Made by a program: the position numbers and the translations under genes. The notes below the pieces were generated by a model, which made no database searches, had not been told where the DNA came from, and saw only the letters and a list, made by a program, of their open reading frames with translations. A DNA stretch of 40,994 nucleotides from Deltaproteobacteria bacterium. Lineage in GTDB: Bacteria > Desulfobacterota > Syntrophia > Syntrophales > UBA5619. Location of the stretch: NCBI GenBank assembly GCA_016935075.1, contig JAFGRP010000052.1, positions 1 to 40,994 of the forward strand, given 5' to 3'. Positions 37,896 to 40,994 of the stretch are shown in pieces. The first letter of the stretch is position 1, and the number at the start of each line of letters is the position of its first letter.

Positions 37896-38819
37896 ATGAA
37901 GCCGATCATCATCGCCTTTTCCATCCTGCTTGCGGTTGCGACAGCGGGCTTCGGGGCCGATTGGAGCAGCCGGCTGCCCGCCGGGACATCGGACGCCGTC
38001 AGAGCCCGCATCGCGGATGCAATTCGTGCCGGTGTCGATTCCGACGCGGCAGTCGCGCTGGCGCGTCGAATGGAGGAAAATCGATTCGGCGAAGACCACA
38101 AGGTGCGCGTGTATGAAATCATCATGGCGGCCCGGCAGGCAAATCTGCCGGTCAGTCCCATCGTCAACAAAGCCTATGAGGGGATGGCAAAAAGGGTGGA
38201 GACTGAAAAGATCGTTCAAGCCATGGAAGCCGTCCGATCCCGCTATTCCATCTCATTTCAACAGGCAAGAGCCTTGACCGCCGAGGAAAGGCAGCGGCGG
38301 GCGCTTGGACAAACCATCGCAGAGGGACTGGCCGCCGGGATCCTGGAAAGAGATCTGGCGCGCATAACAGAGAATGTCAGGAAACAGACCCGACAGTTCG
38401 ATCGTGAACAGGCAAACTCGATTTCGCTGCTCTCTTTTCAGGTTGCCCGCGATATGGCAAGGTTCGGCGTCCTTTCGGGAACCTTGACGGACGTCATCTG
38501 CGGGGCCCTGCAAAACCGTTTTACGGCGCGCGAGATGGAGCGGATGCGAAACAGTTTCATCAACGAAGCCCGATACGGAAAGGCGGAAACCATTGCCCTG
38601 CAATTCGGCGCTCAGATCGGGGCCGGCTCCCGGGCAGAGGGGCTCGGATCAGGCGGAGCCGGAGCGGGGTCGGGGACCGAAGGCAGAGGAAACAGCGCCG
38701 GCGGAAGGGGCGACAACGGCAGTGACAGCGGCAGCGGCGGCAGCGGTGGCAGTGACAGCGGCAGCGGCGGCAGCGGTGGCAGTGGCGGCAGCGGCGGCAG
38801 CGGCGGCAGCGGAAGATAG
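37896..38819 (+). CDS. secreted alpha-helical hypothetical protein with Gly/Ser-rich tail
   Basis: AAGGAG RBS, Sec signal ending GFG-A, helical body, C-terminal GGS repeats. Confidence 0.82.
   Translation: MKPIIIAFSILLAVATAGFGADWSSRLPAGTSDAVRARIADAIRAGVDSDAAVALARRMEENRFGEDHKVRVYEIIMAARQANLPVSPIVNKAYEGMAKRVETEKIVQAMEAVRSRYSISFQQARALTAEERQRRALGQTIAEGLAAGILERDLARITENVRKQTRQFDREQANSISLLSFQVARDMARFGVLSGTLTDVICGALQNRFTAREMERMRNSFINEARYGKAETIALQFGAQIGAGSRAEGLGSGGAGAGSGTEGRGNSAGGRGDNGSDSGSGGSGGSDSGSGGSGGSGGSGGSGGSGR
38718..38810 (+). repeat. coding tandem repeats (2 x 30 bp, then 9-bp GGCGGCAGC units)
   Basis: GGCAGTGACAGCGGCAGCGGCGGCAGCGGT at 38718-38747 and 38748-38777, then GGCAGT and (GGCGGCAGC)3. 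Confidence 0.9.
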
Positions 38820-38970
38820 CCGTTCCTTTTGCCCCTTCAGCCAATGATCCTCTCGTCTCCGCCGCCGTCGGAGTCCGCCTTTGATCGATCCCGGCCCGGA
38901 AAGACGCGCATCCAAGGCGGGCGGCGATGCACATAAAAGCGGAAACGAGAACTCCCGAACCAAAATCCTC

Positions 38971-38999
38971 TTGACACACGGAACCGTTCTTCATATACT
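38971..38999 (+). promoter_or_regulatory. sigma70 promoter for protease gene
   Basis: TTGACA, 17 nt, TATACT. Confidence 0.7.
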
Positions 39000-39132
39000 C
39001 CCATCTGTGAAAAAGCGCTGTCTAATCAATAGAATGAACCTCCCCGCCACCATTGGAAGATTTGCCTGCCGTCTATTGACCGCGGCCCCTGCCCTGATCA
39101 TGGGCGCATCCCTTCAACCCGGAGAACCGTTT

Positions 39133-40994
39133 ATGAACCCGTCCCCCAAATCCCTGTCGGCCCAATGGCATATCCGCAATGGGGCCGCTTTCATATTGAT
39201 GTTGCTTCTCCTATTCAGCGCCCCTCCCCTGCACGCGCAGTTCTTCCGGGTGGTTCCCGATCGGGCAGAATCCCTCACCCGGCCCATTCGCGCCGGTCAC
39301 GATGCGTCGTCCCTCAAGCGGCGGCACGCCGGCGCATCTCCGAAACCGTTCTCGATTGCGATTCCCGCGCCCTCTCAGGGAAAAAGAGCCGCTGAAACCG
39401 CCGCCGTTTCTCTCCCGGGCACGCCGCATAGAATCGGCTTCGGCCGCGATGTCCCCCAACTGGGCAGCGCTGCGGATACGGCAGCCTGCCTTCAGTGGCA
39501 GAGCACCCCCCAAGCCGGCATGATCACGGCAATCAGCATCAGATCTCCGGAGGCTGTCGGCATCCGCCTGGGCATCCTGGTCCGCCGCCTGCCCGCCGAG
39601 GCCGTTGTGCGCTTCTATGCCCGGGGGGCGGAGGCCGCCTACGAAATCTCCGGCAGGGAAATGATGGAGTCCGTCCGGCGGAATCTGGAGGCGGGCGATG
39701 GCGGCGACGCCGCCCGTACCTGCTGGTCGCCCCATATCGACGGCGAGGAGGCAACCCTGGAAATCGAGCTGCCCCCGGGGATCGGCCCGGATAAGGTGGA
39801 AATCTCCATTCCCCGGGTTTCCCATTTTTTTCAACCCCCCCTGGCCGCACAGGGGGAAAACATCATTCACCAAACCGGAATAGGAGCTGCGGCCTCCTGT
39901 GAAATCGATGCCACCTGCTACTACGGCGTCTGGAGTCCCGCAAGCAACGCCACGGCGAGAATGATTTTTGTCGAAACGGACGGCCACAGTTATCTGTGTA
40001 CCGGGACACTGCTCAATGATACGGCATCGAGCGGAACGCCCTACTTCCTCAGCGCCCAGCACTGCATTTCACAGCAGGCTGTGGCATCGACGCTGCAGAC
40101 CTACTGGTTCTACCGATCCGCGTCCTGCAACAGCGGCACCCTCAATCCGGGAAGCACGACGCTGACCGGGGGTGCGGCGCTGCTGTATTCCGATTTGGAC
40201 ACCGACACATCCTTCATGAGATTGATCAATACCCCGCCCGCGGGGGCTACTTATATAGGATGGGACTCCAATGCGCCGGCGCTGGGAACCGCGGTGGCGG
40301 ACATTCATCATCCGAAAGGCGATTTGCAGAAAATCAGTTTCGGAACCATTCAATCGTATCAGGATTGCACCGCCACCGACCCGTCGGGTACCTTCACGTG
40401 CAGCGATGCGACGCAGACAAACGCGGAATATCTCGATGTGACGTTCACCATCGGCATCACGGAGGGCGGCAGCAGCGGCTCTGGGTTGTTCACGGCCAGT
40501 GGCGGGAGTCATTACCTGATCGGCCAGCTGCGCGGGGGAGACACGAGCTGCAGCAATCCGAACGGATCGAATTCCTACGGCCGGTTCGATATGGCCTATA
40601 ACACCGCGCTGTATCAATGGCTGAGCGTCGGTTCGACATCACCCCTCTACTTTCCCCACATAGCCACCAGCGCTCCCTGGCAAACGGAAATCGCCATCAT
40701 CAATACGGGCGATCAAAGCGTCACCGGTACGCTGAAAGCCTATAGCAACGCCGGCGGACAGCCCGTCGATACCGAGCCGGTCACGCTTGTCGCCCACGGC
40801 CGGAGACAGATCATCGTTGCCAATGAATTTACAAACCACACAAACATTGGCTATATCATCTTTAATGCAAATTCCGATGCGGTCCAGGGCTATACGAAGT
40901 TTTACAGAGAAGGGTACTATAGGGCGGCAATCCCCGCGGTCAAAGAGGTAAACACCTCGAACATCTATATCCCGCACATCGCCTCAACCGCGGA
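39133..40994 (+). CDS. secreted trypsin-like S1 protease, lysyl-endopeptidase-like, with propeptide and C-terminal repeat domains (partial; runs off window, absent from ORF track)
   Basis: Hand translation open to the window end: signal peptide (..PPLHA-Q), CTGTLLND..PYFLSAQHC (His), TDTSF (Asp), IHHPKGD, TEGGSSGSGLF (Ser), then LYFPHIA..WQTEIAIIN and IYIPHIA. Confidence 0.9.
   Translation, partial: MNPSPKSLSAQWHIRNGAAFILMLLLLFSAPPLHAQFFRVVPDRAESLTRPIRAGHDASSLKRRHAGASPKPFSIAIPAPSQGKRAAETAAVSLPGTPHRIGFGRDVPQLGSAADTAACLQWQSTPQAGMITAISIRSPEAVGIRLGILVRRLPAEAVVRFYARGAEAAYEISGREMMESVRRNLEAGDGGDAARTCWSPHIDGEEATLEIELPPGIGPDKVEISIPRVSHFFQPPLAAQGENIIHQTGIGAAASCEIDATCYYGVWSPASNATARMIFVETDGHSYLCTGTLLNDTASSGTPYFLSAQHCISQQAVASTLQTYWFYRSASCNSGTLNPGSTTLTGGAALLYSDLDTDTSFMRLINTPPAGATYIGWDSNAPALGTAVADIHHPKGDLQKISFGTIQSYQDCTATDPSGTFTCSDATQTNAEYLDVTFTIGITEGGSSGSGLFTASGGSHYLIGQLRGGDTSCSNPNGSNSYGRFDMAYNTALYQWLSVGSTSPLYFPHIATSAPWQTEIAIINTGDQSVTGTLKAYSNAGGQPVDTEPVTLVAHGRRQIIVANEFTNHTNIGYIIFNANSDAVQGYTKFYREGYYRAAIPAVKEVNTSNIYIPHIASTA

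Overview
GC-rich (roughly 60%) chromosomal window, most likely from a Desulfobacterota (Syntrophales-like) bacterium; the taxonomy is inferred from gene order and 16S 5' end. It begins with the 5' end and leader of a 16S rRNA gene. Housekeeping blocks follow: zapB-zapA-6S RNA-rny-ymdB-tyrS; glmU(N-half)-dusB; purD-purH(N-half)-purE-tsaC; hpt-zinc-ribbon-HEAT; radical SAM-rplU-rpmA-obgE-proB; uvrB-5-FCL-rpsA paralog-uvrC-ogt. Accessory material includes an island at about 10.65-16.5 kb (lipoprotein serine hydrolase with a degenerate attC-like site, glucosylglycerate phosphorylase, and an aspartate beta-decarboxylase with a signal peptide), a haloalkane dehalogenase/Tat-DUF362 pair, and a secreted S1 protease running off the right edge. 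The strongest candidate for an undescribed system is an ECF sigma locus at 35.6-38.8 kb. It has an anti-sigma and a lipoprotein that both carry glycogen-binding-like (CBM48/AMPK1_CBM-like) domains, two secreted Gly-rich proteins, and three copies of a TGTAACC-N15-CGTT promoter. Also notable are a 27-bp palindrome that sits in-frame in one gene and supplies stop codons to two genes, and a MITE with a 6-bp target-site duplication. All family assignments come from motif recognition by eye; no database searches were run.
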